Shown: positions 30,231 through 43,500 of the stretch, one piece after another
How the letters are laid out: each line of letters starts with the position of its first letter
Numbering within the stretch: the stretch's first letter is position 1
Source of the DNA: Trypanosoma brucei
Taxonomy: Eukaryota
Direction of reading: 5' to 3'
Length of the DNA stretch: 64,000 bases
Assembly: GCA_000002445.1 (NCBI GenBank)
Contig: CP000070.1
Coordinates: 1,792,001-1,856,000, forward strand
Translations under genes and position numbers: made by a program
Notes under the pieces: model-generated
Told to the model about the DNA's origin: nothing
What the model saw: the letters and a program-made list of their open reading frames with translations, nothing else
Database searches by the model: none

Positions 30231-31740
30231 TTCTTTTGCCAAGATGGCTAACGCACAGACCGAATACAACCAGAGCCAGGTAAACTATATGTTACCTGCT
30301 TCCCTTTTCGTTCCCCCCTTTTCTTTCCTTTTTAGTCACTTTCAGACCTGAATAGGAGGCAAGTAATGGCAAAATAATGTTTTTGCTTTGTAATGATGAT
30401 GATAATAATAATAATAACGGATGGAGAGAATGTCAGCACACAAAGGGCATCGATTTCGGTGCCACACACGTTCTTGTCTCCCTTCCCCCCTTTTTTCCTC
30501 CTTATCCCTGGGTCAAAAGGTGGAGAAAAGCAAAAACACCTTACATTTCCCCCCTTTCACCAAGTCCTTCTTATCACACCACAATGTGAACGTACGCGAG
30601 CACATTTGCAGCTGCTTCGTGCCTCACTTCCACCCACCTTACCGCTCCTTACGCACAACAGGAGCCAGAAAAGATTAAGTGAAAGGGGGACGAACTGAAT
30701 GTGGACTGATATTAAGGTCCAGCCCTGTTGGCATGAGTTACAGTCATAAATTTACAACCCACGACATGCAGGTGAAAGGGAGGAGGAAAAAAACAGAGAA
30801 GGAAAAAAAAGGTGAATCAAGCAGCAAAGAACACCAACTACCATTGCTCAATAGACCCCTGGTTGGAGAACCAATAGAGGTAGAATCTATGAGCACTGGC
30901 AATCAACATAAAATTATTCGCACACGCACGCACCTCCCCCCTCCCTCCCCCACCCCCTCCTCCCGCTAGCGCCATCACAGACCCAACGAAACAACAGCGC
31001 CCATTTGCGCACGCCGCAAGAACCTGCCATATTTCCCCCCTTCCTTTCCTCCACACCCTCACAGTGATGCGCCGCAAGGCAAGCACTTACGAAGCCCCAA
31101 ACCATCATCATTATCAGTCGTCACTTTAAAAGAAAAAAACAGCTACGACCATTCCCCCGCACACGGTGGTCTTTCCTCCCATTTCCTCATGCACACACAC
31201 ACACACACACAACAAAAGGCAGGCAAGTGCACTTCCCAATCGCGGCAAAAAGTAACGTAAACACGAAAAAAAACACGAAAAGGGAACGCTTTTCCTTTTG
31301 CCTTGGTGCTGCATTTCTCGAAAAGGTTTGGTAAGCCCGTGGGAAGAGAGAGTAAAGTGCGGTAACCGCACAATCAGCAACAAGCAAAGTAACATTTAAT
31401 GGAAAGAATGACAACAGCAATAACCATAATAATACAACGAAAAAAAAAAACAGGGAACCCGTCGGGAAGAGAAACACGGAATGCCTGAAAACTTGAAGAG
31501 GGATAACAAAAAAAAAAGGACGAACGAATTCCATGTAAACAGCCTCCGTAATAATAAAAACAATAAAGCCATCGCATGAACATGGAACACCGCGATTTTG
31601 GCAGGCAAAAAAAAAATGCCGAAGCATCAACAGTGAACAATCATGTAAAAAACGAGACGCATTCAAGACAAACAAAAAGAAAAGCAGTACCATACGTGTC
31701 TAAACAAATGTGGCACCGAGGCTGAAGCGTATATTGGTTC

Positions 31741-34700
31741 TCACACCGCATTGACACCCCCTTCTGCTAACAACTGTCGATACTTCGCTGTCGCGGGAAC
31801 TAATTGCTGAGGCACTGCCTCGTCGAAATGTGGCTGGCGAAGCAAGCAGCCGATGATGATCTCATACACTGCCATGAATTCTATTGCTTTTCGGCCCCTT
31901 CTCCCCCTACCTGCAACAACATTACCGTTACCACCACCACATTGCCCGTCCTTCGCGTGAGGGTTAGTGCCATTGATGCGCAAAGTAGATTCTTCCTCTT
32001 CTTCCTCTACTATCTTCAGAGACGACCGGAAAATGTCTCCCATCAGTCGCGCATGAATGAGACGCTCCGTAGGTCCGAGTCCCTGCTGAGAATGACTCAC
32101 AACAGAGTAGAGATATTTCGCTGCCTCCACAAGCCGTTTTTCCTGTAACAGCACCTCCACAATCTTATCATCGGCACGGAGCCTCACTAACGTATCCATG
32201 CCCATCTGCCACCACTCCTCACCCATATCCAGGAAGAGAAGAGCCATGGGTAATTGATCTGTTATGACGGTAGACCGCAGGAAATGCCTCAGAGGACCAC
32301 AACCATCGGCGACGTATGGGAAAAGGCGCATGAGGTCCTGCTGAAGTCCACCTATCAGTGTAACACCGGTGCCCACCACACAACGAGCATATTCCAGTAG
32401 GGCGTAAAAGAGGTACCGGCAGAAACACAAGTGCGCGGAAGCCGAACCGCTGGTCGAAGCAAGCGACCCCGCATCCATCGCATCCCCTGCGTACGTTTGT
32501 GTACCCTCTCTCATGTGACGCATCGCAGAGTCAACCAAAGGAGTAAACACGTCACGCTCTAGTCCAACCTGACCAATGCTTTCCTCAAGTAGTGAAACAT
32601 CACGACGATGGGTCGAGGCATGAGACGATGTACATGCCGCAAGGATGTCCTGTATCGTCAGAGAACTCCTGCAGCGCCACGGTGGGCAATACGGCAACGG
32701 TCCATCCGTATCCTCCTCCGGAAGCCAATGGCAGAGCGCGGTAAGATTACCCGTAAGTAAAGCCGTACGGCTGAACTCCTGCTGGGGTATCAGAGAATAT
32801 GTATCCCTCCCCGGTGTTCCACGTACAGTGGCCTCATGCAACGTGCTGGTTGAGGTTCGCGGACCCTTTATGCCGCATGGTGCCCGCAAGTGGTGATGAG
32901 CCGCATGGTGAGCTGTGATTAACTCGAAAGTACGGCCCACAGCAGAAAGGTGTTTCCGCCTCAAAAGCATATCGTACACAAGCGAGTGAACAGCCTTCCC
33001 AGCACAGTACATACGATTAAGATAAAACTGCACACGCTGACAGGGCTGCGACATTACAGCAGCTAATGCAAAGGGATTAACACCAACGAGGCACACGGCA
33101 CCACTGCGGCGGTTGAGCAACAACGGCAGTGCACCAGAGACAAAATCGAGGTTGTAAATCTCATTATCTTCACACGAAATGGGATTGAACTTGTCCACGC
33201 GTTCCCCTGGGTGCAGTGAAAGTGCCGCACTAAGCAGCGGTTGCATAACAGGAATCGCCACTTCTGCCCCGGAAGCATCGTCACACATGCAAATACGGCC
33301 TTTTCTCACGCAGCTATTCCGAACTCTGTTCGCCAGCCATGAAAACCACGAGGACTGCGTGAACATCCTGCGCCCCGCTTGGTCATTCCCCTCTCCTGAA
33401 CTTATCGTATCCGACGAGATAACCCCTGAGCGACGCTGCATTTCAGATTCCCCAACTGAGCCTCGTGCACCAGAAGCGTTGGTATGCCATGAACAGTCAT
33501 GGTTGGCATCCTCTTCCCAATCCTCCTCGCAGTGAAGAATGTCAAATGCTGTCGATACGCCCAAACGCGGGGCATGCAAAACAACAAGATTATCGATCAC
33601 CTGAAGTGCGATCGGCTCTCGACGCATATGCAGTTGGAAGTCAGTGCGCAACACTGCGTGCATCGTGAAAGAACTAACACCCCCGCTCTTTCCATCATCC
33701 GCAGAAGGAACGTAGCGAAACAATGTAACGCCGCTACTCCTCCGTGAAAGGCTACAGACAAACAGCTGCTGGTACAGCGCAAGCAGAACAACAGGATATC
33801 GCACAGGAGGTGCGTTCATACATGCGGCAGCTGGGAGTAGTGAAGAGGCCGTCGTCTCCCGCTCCCCTTCAGCCGCCAGAAAGTTCTCCTCCAGCCTTAA
33901 TGACGGCAGCCTACGAAGCCCCTGTTCTCCCTGAAGCTCAAACACCTTTACGTGCCACGGTTTCAGCATATTAATTGACAGTATAGCCATAGCTGCTGGA
34001 CAGTAGTGCCAGTAGTCTGTGTGCGTCGTGTAGCGGCATAAAAGCACCCAGCCATCTTTGTTTTCAGCACTCTTAGCACCGTACGGTATCCCAAGGAGAT
34101 CTATGCTAATTGACGTGATGCAAAGGATCCGGCGAGTCGAAGGAGTGGCGGACTCACTGCTTTTTGTAGCACACCGCTGCTGCCGGTGCGGGTCACTCGC
34201 CGTAAACGGCGTAAGCAGCAAACCCCGATATGGCGCCTGACTTCCATTATCTCCTCTGTCCCCCCACACATTTTCCACCCAATAAAATGCACAGACGGGG
34301 TAAAAACCTTTGCGGAACCGCAGGTTTCGCGGTTTACACTGATAGGTTGCTATGAGGCTGTTTTCCCACTTGTTCTCCCCTTGCATTTGCAGGTGGCAAA
34401 GAAAGAAGAAAACAGCATCAGTGTTTAAACTAACCGCAATGAGATGAGCCGGGCCCGTAGCATTACTGCACACGGGAATGGGGCAGCGCTTGGCGTGGTG
34501 AATTACTGACTGGTCATCGCTGCTCTTGGGCACAATTCTGAATGAAACGGCGTCACCGCACAGCATGGGGTGGTGCCGCAGCCACTTCTCCTCCTCTGTA
34601 AACCGTTGCTGTTGATGTTTCTGGTCCCCGGGTTGGTCAAGTGAGGTTTCTATCCGATCCGCCGCCCCCTCCTCCTCCTCCTCATGCAACAATAACTGGT

Positions 34701-34950
34701 AAAAGCACACCTCGCGAGAATTATCACTGAAAATGACGACGTCATTTGCTACCTCATCAATGTATATTCGCGATACAACAATGTTAGGGGCCCCCTCCAC
34801 GCTACCGCCATTCTTACAGCCATTAGCAGCTGTACCGCTGGCACTGGTTTTGCCTTCGCGAACACCGACAGGACCCCCATGCGTTTTGAAGCGGAATATG
34901 GGCTTCTGGAACACTACGAATGGTGGGGTAGTGGACGCGTTGTACGACAT
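31741..34950 (-). CDS. Hypothetical protein (~1070 aa), no domain recognised
   Basis: Long ORF on the cluster strand. ORF begins at TTG 35016; first ATG (MSYNASTTPPF...) at 34950. Confidence 0.6.
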   Translation of the reverse strand: MSYNASTTPPFVVFQKPIFRFKTHGGPVGVREGKTSASGTAANGCKNGGSVEGAPNIVVSRIYIDEVANDVVIFSDNSREVCFYQLLLHEEEEEGAADRIETSLDQPGDQKHQQQRFTEEEKWLRHHPMLCGDAVSFRIVPKSSDDQSVIHHAKRCPIPVCSNATGPAHLIAVSLNTDAVFFFLCHLQMQGENKWENSLIATYQCKPRNLRFRKGFYPVCAFYWVENVWGDRGDNGSQAPYRGLLLTPFTASDPHRQQRCATKSSESATPSTRRILCITSISIDLLGIPYGAKSAENKDGWVLLCRYTTHTDYWHYCPAAMAILSINMLKPWHVKVFELQGEQGLRRLPSLRLEENFLAAEGERETTASSLLPAAACMNAPPVRYPVVLLALYQQLFVCSLSRRSSGVTLFRYVPSADDGKSGGVSSFTMHAVLRTDFQLHMRREPIALQVIDNLVVLHAPRLGVSTAFDILHCEEDWEEDANHDCSWHTNASGARGSVGESEMQRRSGVISSDTISSGEGNDQAGRRMFTQSSWFSWLANRVRNSCVRKGRICMCDDASGAEVAIPVMQPLLSAALSLHPGERVDKFNPISCEDNEIYNLDFVSGALPLLLNRRSGAVCLVGVNPFALAAVMSQPCQRVQFYLNRMYCAGKAVHSLVYDMLLRRKHLSAVGRTFELITAHHAAHHHLRAPCGIKGPRTSTSTLHEATVRGTPGRDTYSLIPQQEFSRTALLTGNLTALCHWLPEEDTDGPLPYCPPWRCRSSLTIQDILAACTSSHASTHRRDVSLLEESIGQVGLERDVFTPLVDSAMRHMREGTQTYAGDAMDAGSLASTSGSASAHLCFCRYLFYALLEYARCVVGTGVTLIGGLQQDLMRLFPYVADGCGPLRHFLRSTVITDQLPMALLFLDMGEEWWQMGMDTLVRLRADDKIVEVLLQEKRLVEAAKYLYSVVSHSQQGLGPTERLIHARLMGDIFRSSLKIVEEEEEESTLRINGTNPHAKDGQCGGGNGNVVAGRGRRGRKAIEFMAVYEIIIGCLLRQPHFDEAVPQQLVPATAKYRQLLAEGGVNAV

Positions 34951-35733
34951 GCCTATGGAAAAAAGCGAAACAAAAAAAAAAGCGGCAACAACAATAACAA
35001 AAATGAAAGCAACCAAAAATGAGTTGCTACTGGCGCTGCGGCCTAAAAGACCCTATTATTTCTTTTCCCGCTTGCTGCTGTTAACGGGGGGTAGTTTCTT
35101 TTTCTTTTTCTCTCCCTCTGGGGGAAAGAGCGGGGATTCTTGACCTTCTCTCCCTCACACTTCTCTTTGCGACCTTTTCTTCCACCAGCGCACTCTGAAG
35201 CCAGTAGGAATTACTGATTGCAACATTGTGTTACGGGAAATGGGGAGACATGTACAAGTGTGTGTGGGTGTTTAAGCACAAAAGGGAAAGAATAGAGAGA
35301 AAACGGGCAGCAGTAGTAACCAGAGCGGTAAACGACAGACGACCAAAAAAAAAAAAACGAACGAACATGGGTATGCAAAAGCATTCAACAAGAGGCTCAC
35401 AGTAAAGAACCCCACCAACATGTTAAGTGCAAAAGCAGGGTTAGGGGGCGTGAAGACACGCTTCCTAACCTTCGCTAAAGAAATAACAGAGAAAAATAAA
35501 CTTCTGTTTTTTTTTTATTTAAAGAAAACAAAGACTAGCGGAAAAGTGTTATTAGACAAACGCTGCGCAGTGTATGAACCATACCCAAGACCACAAAAAC
35601 AAGACGTATCTTCACGTACGTGTATGTGTGCCCGCACCTAGGCATCTGCCCGAGCATCAACGTGTTTGTCATTACACGAAGGTATAGAAGAAAACATATG
35701 TGTACCAGACAAATGACGCATTACTTTTGTCAA

Positions 35734-36507
35734 CTAATAACTTAACTCACGTTTGAGGAAGGATTTGGGGCTCGTCAGCCAAGCCATATCATAGCTCTGT
35801 GACGACATAATGGCGTACAAAAACAGCATAGAGCATGTCGCCGGTGCAGTCATTGTATGAAACAGAATATCGAATGAGAGGGAAAGCAGGAACGCTGTTG
35901 TGAGCACTGGGAAGGCAGCGTAAAAGCGCCCCACCATGTAGCAACCACAGCAAAGCAGAAACACCTGAAACGCACCAGGAGTACGCCACCGGACCCAACT
36001 CCAGTATCGAGGCATCTCATCGACATTCCGTGCCATCCATTCGGGAAGAAACTTGTAGTAAAAATATTGCGTGTCACTTACTAAGTTACGATAGCGACGG
36101 TCTATGGTGGGGCTCTTTGTAATGATTTCGTATGCTTTATTGATCTGATTCAACCTCGATATGTCGCCGACACGATTTGGCTCCAGATCGGGGTGGACCT
36201 CACGCATAAGCTCATGGTAACGCAACCGTACCATATGAGTGGAAGCCCCGGGCTTCAAGCCAAGTACCCGCCACGGGTCATAACCCTCCGCCTCATACGC
36301 GGGTGTCTCTTCATTCGCCTGATCCGAACCCGACCTGCCTGATATATTTTTCAACACATCCTCCTCGCGTGGTTTACGACTATGGCGGGAGCTCTCAATA
36401 TCAGCAGGGACGCTGCCGTACGGAACTCCGCTGCCTCTACGGTAAATATGACCAATACACCCACATGGCATGGCGACGCGAGGGCGCCGTAATGCCACGC
36501 GCCACAT
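35734..36507 (-). CDS. DnaJ (J-domain) protein with C-terminal transmembrane segments
   Basis: J-domain signature YDPWRVLGLKPGAS...LRYHELMREVHPDLEPN...INKAYEII with an HPD tripeptide (roughly nt 36090-36285). Two hydrophobic helices follow near the C-terminus. ATG start confirmed at 36505-36507. Confidence 0.75.
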   Translation of the reverse strand: MWRVALRRPRVAMPCGCIGHIYRRGSGVPYGSVPADIESSRHSRKPREEDVLKNISGRSGSDQANEETPAYEAEGYDPWRVLGLKPGASTHMVRLRYHELMREVHPDLEPNRVGDISRLNQINKAYEIITKSPTIDRRYRNLVSDTQYFYYKFLPEWMARNVDEMPRYWSWVRWRTPGAFQVFLLCCGCYMVGRFYAAFPVLTTAFLLSLSFDILFHTMTAPATCSMLFLYAIMSSQSYDMAWLTSPKSFLKRELSY

Positions 36508-37564
36508 GGAATGTATAAACTTATGAGTAAATAGATAATAAAATAATGTGTACGGACAATTTTACTTGTGGTCGGTGGTTTTAATTACACGGTGGCGCCT
36601 TTGATTAAGTAACTAAGCGCACGAAGGGAAATCTCTTCACACGGTTTCTTTTTTTTTCCTTCTCGCCACTTCCTTTCCTTCGTTTTAACGTGTCAGTCAA
36701 CTCCCCGTTTAAACGAGCTGCGGAGACACGTAATAGAAGCTTGCGTGAATGACCCTTGTACTCAAGTGTAGAGCTAAGAAGCGTGCTCGTTGGCGCTCTA
36801 AAAAAAAAAAATTACGCCTCCACTTTGCTACTAGCAGCACGTCTCACTGTGCCCTTTTTTTTATTTAAAAAATCTTTTTGGAGGAAAAATCAGTTAAAGG
36901 TGGTGAAAGAATCAACGGCAGAGGGCGATGTATTTTTGTTTGACGTGCTTCGCATACGCACACACACGTGAACCTTGGTCACAAGTGGGAGAAGAACTTT
37001 AAGTGGATGACGGACATGTGTGCAACCTTCGGCAGTAAAATTATAACCTCAAAATAAATGGGTGTGCTTCACTCTTAGCGACGTCACCGCCAACAAAAAG
37101 AACACACGCACAAGCGCTACACCCCACCTCACGCCTTCCCATCGACGAAAAAAAATGTTCGTTGGGCACAAACATTAGTGTACACTTGCGTACACACCAA
37201 CATGCGCACACTTATTACTCGCAGACATTATCGTGGCGCACAACTTAAAAGCAGGAAGAGTGAGAGAGAGAGAGGTGTGTGTATATATAAATATATAAGT
37301 AAATGTTACATTCCGCCTCCGGCCACCCTACAACCGAGAGAGTGAAAACAACCAGACAAAGAGTAGGTGTGGCAAGTGCACACTCACACAAACATACAGC
37401 CCCATTCCAAAGCGCTCCACCACACAATTAACGTTAACGTCACCTTTTCCCTTTGGTACTTCCCCTTTCAGTCCTTCGTTGCCGGAATCTGCCTAACCTG
37501 CAAAGACGAAAGCACTCAAACTAGGCCACCTACGCAATCACCCAACAATATTGAGTCAAAGTAA

Positions 37565-40500
37565 CTACAAAATGAAGGTCCACAGAAGCCCGTGTATAAT
37601 CATTACAATGGCAGTTGCCAACCGCCGCTCATGATACAGCACAAATGCCCACAACGAGAGAACCAATGACACCCAGAGCCATTCCACTAACGGGCACAAG
37701 AACAGTAAAGCCACAAACAACATGGTAGTTAGTCCTATGCTTGCCGTATGAAGGTCCTGCGGACTGCGGAGAAGGAGCAAACGTCTCACTGGCAATTGCT
37801 GAAGCGCAGCGTAGCCCACAACAGCTGTAACCACATGATGTAAAAGAAGCAGTGGGTAATATATGAGCCCCCACAAGATTCGATACCAACTCGCGTACGG
37901 AGCCCCAGCATACGGCTCTTCCATAAGAAGAAGGCTGTGAGTAAAACTGACTACGGAACACTGCGGGTCGAGGTTTACCTGCGAAGGGGTCCCATCTCCC
38001 CTCGTTGACGAGTGTGGAATGGCAGGAACACATACTTTCAGGAACACGGAACCATTCACTGCGAGCGCTCCGCCGCTTTGGGGCTCATCACGTACGTAAT
38101 CGTGCACGCTATGTACGTGCGCCCGGCCGTAACGAACAAAATCGGCTGCCATCATCGCGTAAGCCCGAGCCGCCGCAGACGTGTTAACGTTAAACATAAT
38201 CTCCGGTATCATCTCCTCCCCCTGTGCCGTTTTAACATGCGTTTGCTTCAGCAGATGCCCTAAAGGCACGGAAACGCTGGTGAGTATGGCGGCAGGCCGA
38301 CGCGCGAGCGGTACCTCCCCACCAAGCATATCACGCAAACTATACACCACCAGCTCCATAACCAAGAAGGGTTGAACGCCCTGGTTATTCCAACTATGCC
38401 ATAGGGAGCGGAGAGCCACTAAAGCAGCGGTAGGGCACATGGTCGTGAAGCGCCACTCACGAGGCACAACCGCCGCGTCATAGAATGGGATCCGAAGCGG
38501 GGCAGAGAACGTAGACCTAGCAGGCTGTGACGACTGCAAATACCGTGTTTGTAGCATGGATGGCGACGACCACAGACCAGTGAGATCACCCGCAACAAAG
38601 AATGTGCTGTCGGCAAGTAGACAGCCTTGGCACTCTGTGGCTATGCCAGGAACAGCGAAGAGAATCTCCTCAATAGTACTGAAGGGACGAATTGGGGGAA
38701 GCAAGTTGGTACCATCGTCCACTACAAGCGAAGCACCCATGTAATACTTGTCATGCGTTCCGCTGCTCAATGTATCCTTCTGCATGTTTCGCTCAGAAGT
38801 AATGCGTACACCGATGAATGTGTCATTGTAGCGATAGATGAGCCGCTGTTGTTGTCCGTTCCCGGGGTCCTTAAGAACCTCAGAGAAAAAGTAACTGACA
38901 AAATGGGAACGGTAAACGCCACCTTGCTGCAGAAACAGGTGGTGGACACTGTCAAAACTGTGATGCTCCACAATGCTGAAACTGTTCAGTAACGCCACAC
39001 TATGTGGAGAACGCTTGCGCTTTCCAACGCCCGCACGGCTCCGTCCCTCGCTTTGCCCCGGTCGCAACCGTCTCGTGTTCAACGAAGACCCAGCATTAAC
39101 AACAGCCCATCCGCCCGATCCTTCGACGATTGGTGCATTACTGTCATCATCAGCATCGTAATCATCAGAACTGTAACCGTAGTCACCCGGATTGGCAGCA
39201 CCCTCTTCATCTTCACCCACGTGTTCGTTCCAAGTGTCCCCAATGAGTTCAACACCGAGCTCCACGCCTTTACGTCGCATATCAGCCTCACACAATAGCA
39301 GGGGGCGTTTCCTTCCCGTTGCCGCCCAAACCACCGGAAGGGAATCACCTTGAGAGGGTAGTGATCGCAGGTGCAGCAGCGCCAACGTAGGTCGAACCTC
39401 CACCACAAACGAAATAGTGGTCCGCCCTTGGGTGTGACTATCTTGTACAAGGGCATCACGCATTGTGATGCGGAGCAGTCGGGGAAGTTGAAGCCGCTTC
39501 AACAGCTGCCCACTTTCCTGCTGCTCGTTGTACTCAATCGGACTCAGCATCTGAAACGAAGGGCAAGGAGACAGCTGCAGCCGCAAATGCTTGCGTGTCG
39601 CAGAATCAACGCTCACATCCATCCCGGCACGCATCTGTGCCAAACAAGAGGCGAGGCCCACGCCTGCCGTAGAGCCCTCTGGGCCACCGCCCTCCTCTAT
39701 GACATCAGGATTCTGCAGCTCCTCTAACAAAACATTCTGCGGAGGAAACGCGCCTCCACTAACGAACCTTGTGCCGCTTACATTAATAAAAATGGTCGGA
39801 ACTCGCCCCTCAACCTCGCACTGCTTAATCGCTGGTGGCGACGCCCCCACCGCTGGCGGTTCGTCCATTACCTCAACACGGGAAAACAGCACGAGCGAAG
39901 CGGGCGCAGTGGATGTGACTGAAATGTTTGTTCCACATATCAAATCCTTGTGTAGAGCCGTCCGAAGAAATAAGTTGTGGGGAACCGAGAATGAAGCGTA
40001 GTAAGGTAACTTAACTCGGATGGCGTACACACCCTCACCCGTTACGCCCTCGTACAAACGTGCAGCGGCCACGAAGCGCTCCTCCGCTGTCATGGCAGCA
40101 GTTGCCGCAGTGAGCACCAGTTGTTGTTGCTGCTGAGCATGCTGCCGATCTTTTTCAGCCTTTTCCCGTCGTGCTTTTTCGATCTCATCAAGTTGACTCT
40201 TTGTTATTCTTCGGCGGGCGAGCGCCTGCTGCACTTCTGGTCGCAACCCCGTCACGTCAATACCCTCACGCGTGAGACGGAATTCCTCTCGTAGCGCTTT
40301 TAGTTGCTGTTCGACCACCTCCTGAGACACAAACTTCTGTTCCTTCGAAGGAACGAAGCTGGCACGCCGAGAACGCAGAGTGGATTCCGTATCATCAGGA
40401 AGTCTAAGAAGCTGCTCGAGCGAAGCAAAAAGTGGTTCGCATGTCACCTCAGCGCCGCCCACGTGGCGAACGTACTCTTCCCACTCGGGGGCAGTCCCCC

Positions 40501-43500
40501 CCGCGGCCCCGTCAGGATGGTTGACCTCAGTCCAATACGTAAGCACCTCCGACCCGCGCAGTGTACCACGGACACATTTGGCAAGGAAGCTCTCCATCAC
40601 CTCCCGCTCCTGATGGTGATCGTGACTACCTTCTCCCTTTTGACCAGCATATGGATGTGAAGACGTGGCGTGAAGAAAACTCGCCATGCGCCCTGGCTGA
40701 CTTCGGTCCAAGTGAAAGACGACGTCCACCGACCTGCTACCATTCTTCATTCCCGCCCCCCTGTCTGTCGCATTGCTCCTCTCCCAGTGCATATACGTCC
40801 TTTCACTAATATCCAACTCGGAGGCAACAATATCAGCAACGCCCAGCTGACCAAGCAATGGCCGCATTGCCCGATCCTCACGCACGAGGGTGGAGGGGTT
40901 CATAAAAGGCAAAAATTTTGACAGCCCATCAGATGCCTCAGCAGCAGGACGGGAGCGGAAGCGAAACCATGACGAATCCTCAGCCGACCCACCAACGCTC
41001 CAGGTAGAAGCCCCCTCAATCACTTCGCTCGGTACAAAATCCCCCCCAGTGTGATGGCATGGTTGTGACATGCTGAGGTGCTCCTGGGCGAGGAAAAGGT
41101 GATGCGATACCTCTTTCGACTGCAAGTGATGTTCTGTTGCTATGACAGTAAAGGAAATGCACTGTCTTGAGTTATCAACCTTGATGTCGGACCAGCGCGT
41201 GGTGCGTGCAACCCACCATGGTAACGAGCAGCCACTGGCCGTAAGCCGCTCAGCACTACTCTTAATAGAATTCTCAAAGTCACCGGGTGCGACAAGGTGC
41301 ACACCCAAATTCGACGACGAGGGCTTCTCCTGGGCCGCTACAGCATTAGAGGAGCTTGCTGGTTTAATACCTTCCGCATGAAGGCAGATAGAAAAGCGAC
41401 CGCGTCCAGAGTACGCGTCGCATTCGTGATCTAGTGTGGTATTCACTGAGAGAAATGCAGAAACACGCTCAATTGTCAGCAGTCGCTGTTGTACAAATGG
41501 GCAACGTTTCCTCAGCATAGCCCCAAACAACCGAGGTGATGCGTGAAGCTCATACTGCAAATGGGTGGTGCCAACCGGAAGATTCCCCACGAATAAGGCT
41601 GTCTCCTCCGGTGCATCTTCCGACCTTCCACTATTGTTCCCTCCGCCACCAATACCGCTTGTAGTCTGATTTTTATAGACGCGACCGACTCGTAAGGTTG
41701 GATCGCGAGCTGACAGTAAAGCTGACGCCCTACGGTCAGCGGGCTCTACGAGCACCCAGCCTAATGTTGAGCCCGTGATGAGCATCTCAACACTACTCGA
41801 CAATGTCACAAGGCGAGTTGTGCGAAGGTTTTCCGTTAAAACCAGCAGCCGCACCGTGTCATAATCCACCAAAATACCAGGTTGACCCTTCTGCCTTCGT
41901 TCATCGTCATCCGTTGTGCGTGCGCTGGCATATACGGACCAGCGTACGGTGACAATACCAAACGGAAGCCCCTTCACCACAGTGTGGGGACTGCTAACAT
42001 CCTCAAACTTAATACCACTAAAGTTCGTCTCGTCTGTCAGCGTAATGTTGTCCGCCGTTTGCACTGACACCACTTCCCACCTCGTAGTAAAGCTACAATT
42101 AATGGCTTGTGGTAGTGGGGCCGCGGTGAGTACAGCCGTGTCCCCACATACAGTCAACTCATTCTCCAACACTCGTGCGTGTGTCACATGCAAAGTTTCG
42201 GTGACGGTGACGTTGGGGCACACGTTGGGATGGACAGGATCAAGGTGCTGGTGAGACAACGTGTACATTCCTGGAACTCGAATGTTATTCAGAAGGACAG
42301 TCGCACCACCGGCACCGCGAAGGATCGCACGGGGGTGCGGTTGACGCAGCGGGATAATCTGTATCGAATCCAAAAGCCGCTGCGTACCGACTGAGGTGGT
42401 TTCCGCCGGCACGACAGTAACTGCCCGCCACTGCGATGTGCGACCATCAGCTGGAGCGTCAACATGCAAAACGGCACGCTTCCCTACAATCCAATGTGTT
42501 CTCATTCCGGCTGCCGAGCTTTGGTGCTTACCCAGCGGTTCTCCACCTTCTTTTCCTGCTGTTGTGCGTGATTGGGACCCAAAGGAATTACTCTGTCGTC
42601 CAGAGCGCCGCATCGGGCAGTTACCAGGGGCCCAATTGTCGCTCAACACACTGAAGTTCAAAGTTACGGGCGCCGGATGTACACGCTTTAGCATAAATGT
42701 CTCGGACTCCAAAGTTTCGGTTAGTGCATTGTACACTGTGAGTTTGCACGGAGTAGCACCCGCTGAACCTTGATACAGAATTGAAAACGTTGGGCTGCGC
42801 TTCTCCACCATCATCACGCCATCAGCAGTATTGCTGTCAGTGCTGGACCGCCCAGTAGCAGTATTTTCACACGTCCATGTAAAGTCGTAGTGGTATTTTG
42901 TGTGGAGCCACGGATGACGAGAAAAGTTAAAAGTGGATTCGCAGAACGCGATGTCGCGCACACCAATCACATCCACCAAACCACGTGGGTTGAGGGCAAG
43001 AAACGAAATATTCCCGGGCCGCGAAAGACACATTCCACGGCGCGCAAACTCTGCAGCAGCGCCCTTCCGAGAAGGCAGTTCAGCCGCTGCGGCAACGGCA
43101 GCTAAAGACAGTCGTACATTATACTGAAACGGGTAGTTCGAGCTGTTACTGAGCCCATGAAGCTGCATATATTGTCCTGTCTGCGAGTTGTTGTGTGAAA
43201 AGCGGGCATCACATTCACGATCAATGTTGTAATCGCGGTGGTGTCTTTCCATCTCCCAGTACGCTGCTTCGTCACTAAATATACCTTCATTGTTATCCTT
43301 CCCATTGGAGCCGTGTTCGTGCGAGCCACTGACACCAACAGTGGGTGGGCGGACGAAGCGGCGAAGCAGCAACGGTCCAGCAGTGGTGGCAGCGGCGCTA
43401 TCGTCGGGATCGGTGAAGGTATTGGGTTCGTCACTCTTCCCACTTCTATCGTCACTTACCGCAAGCCCTGTCCGTGCAAAGTGACTTGCCGTCACGTGCA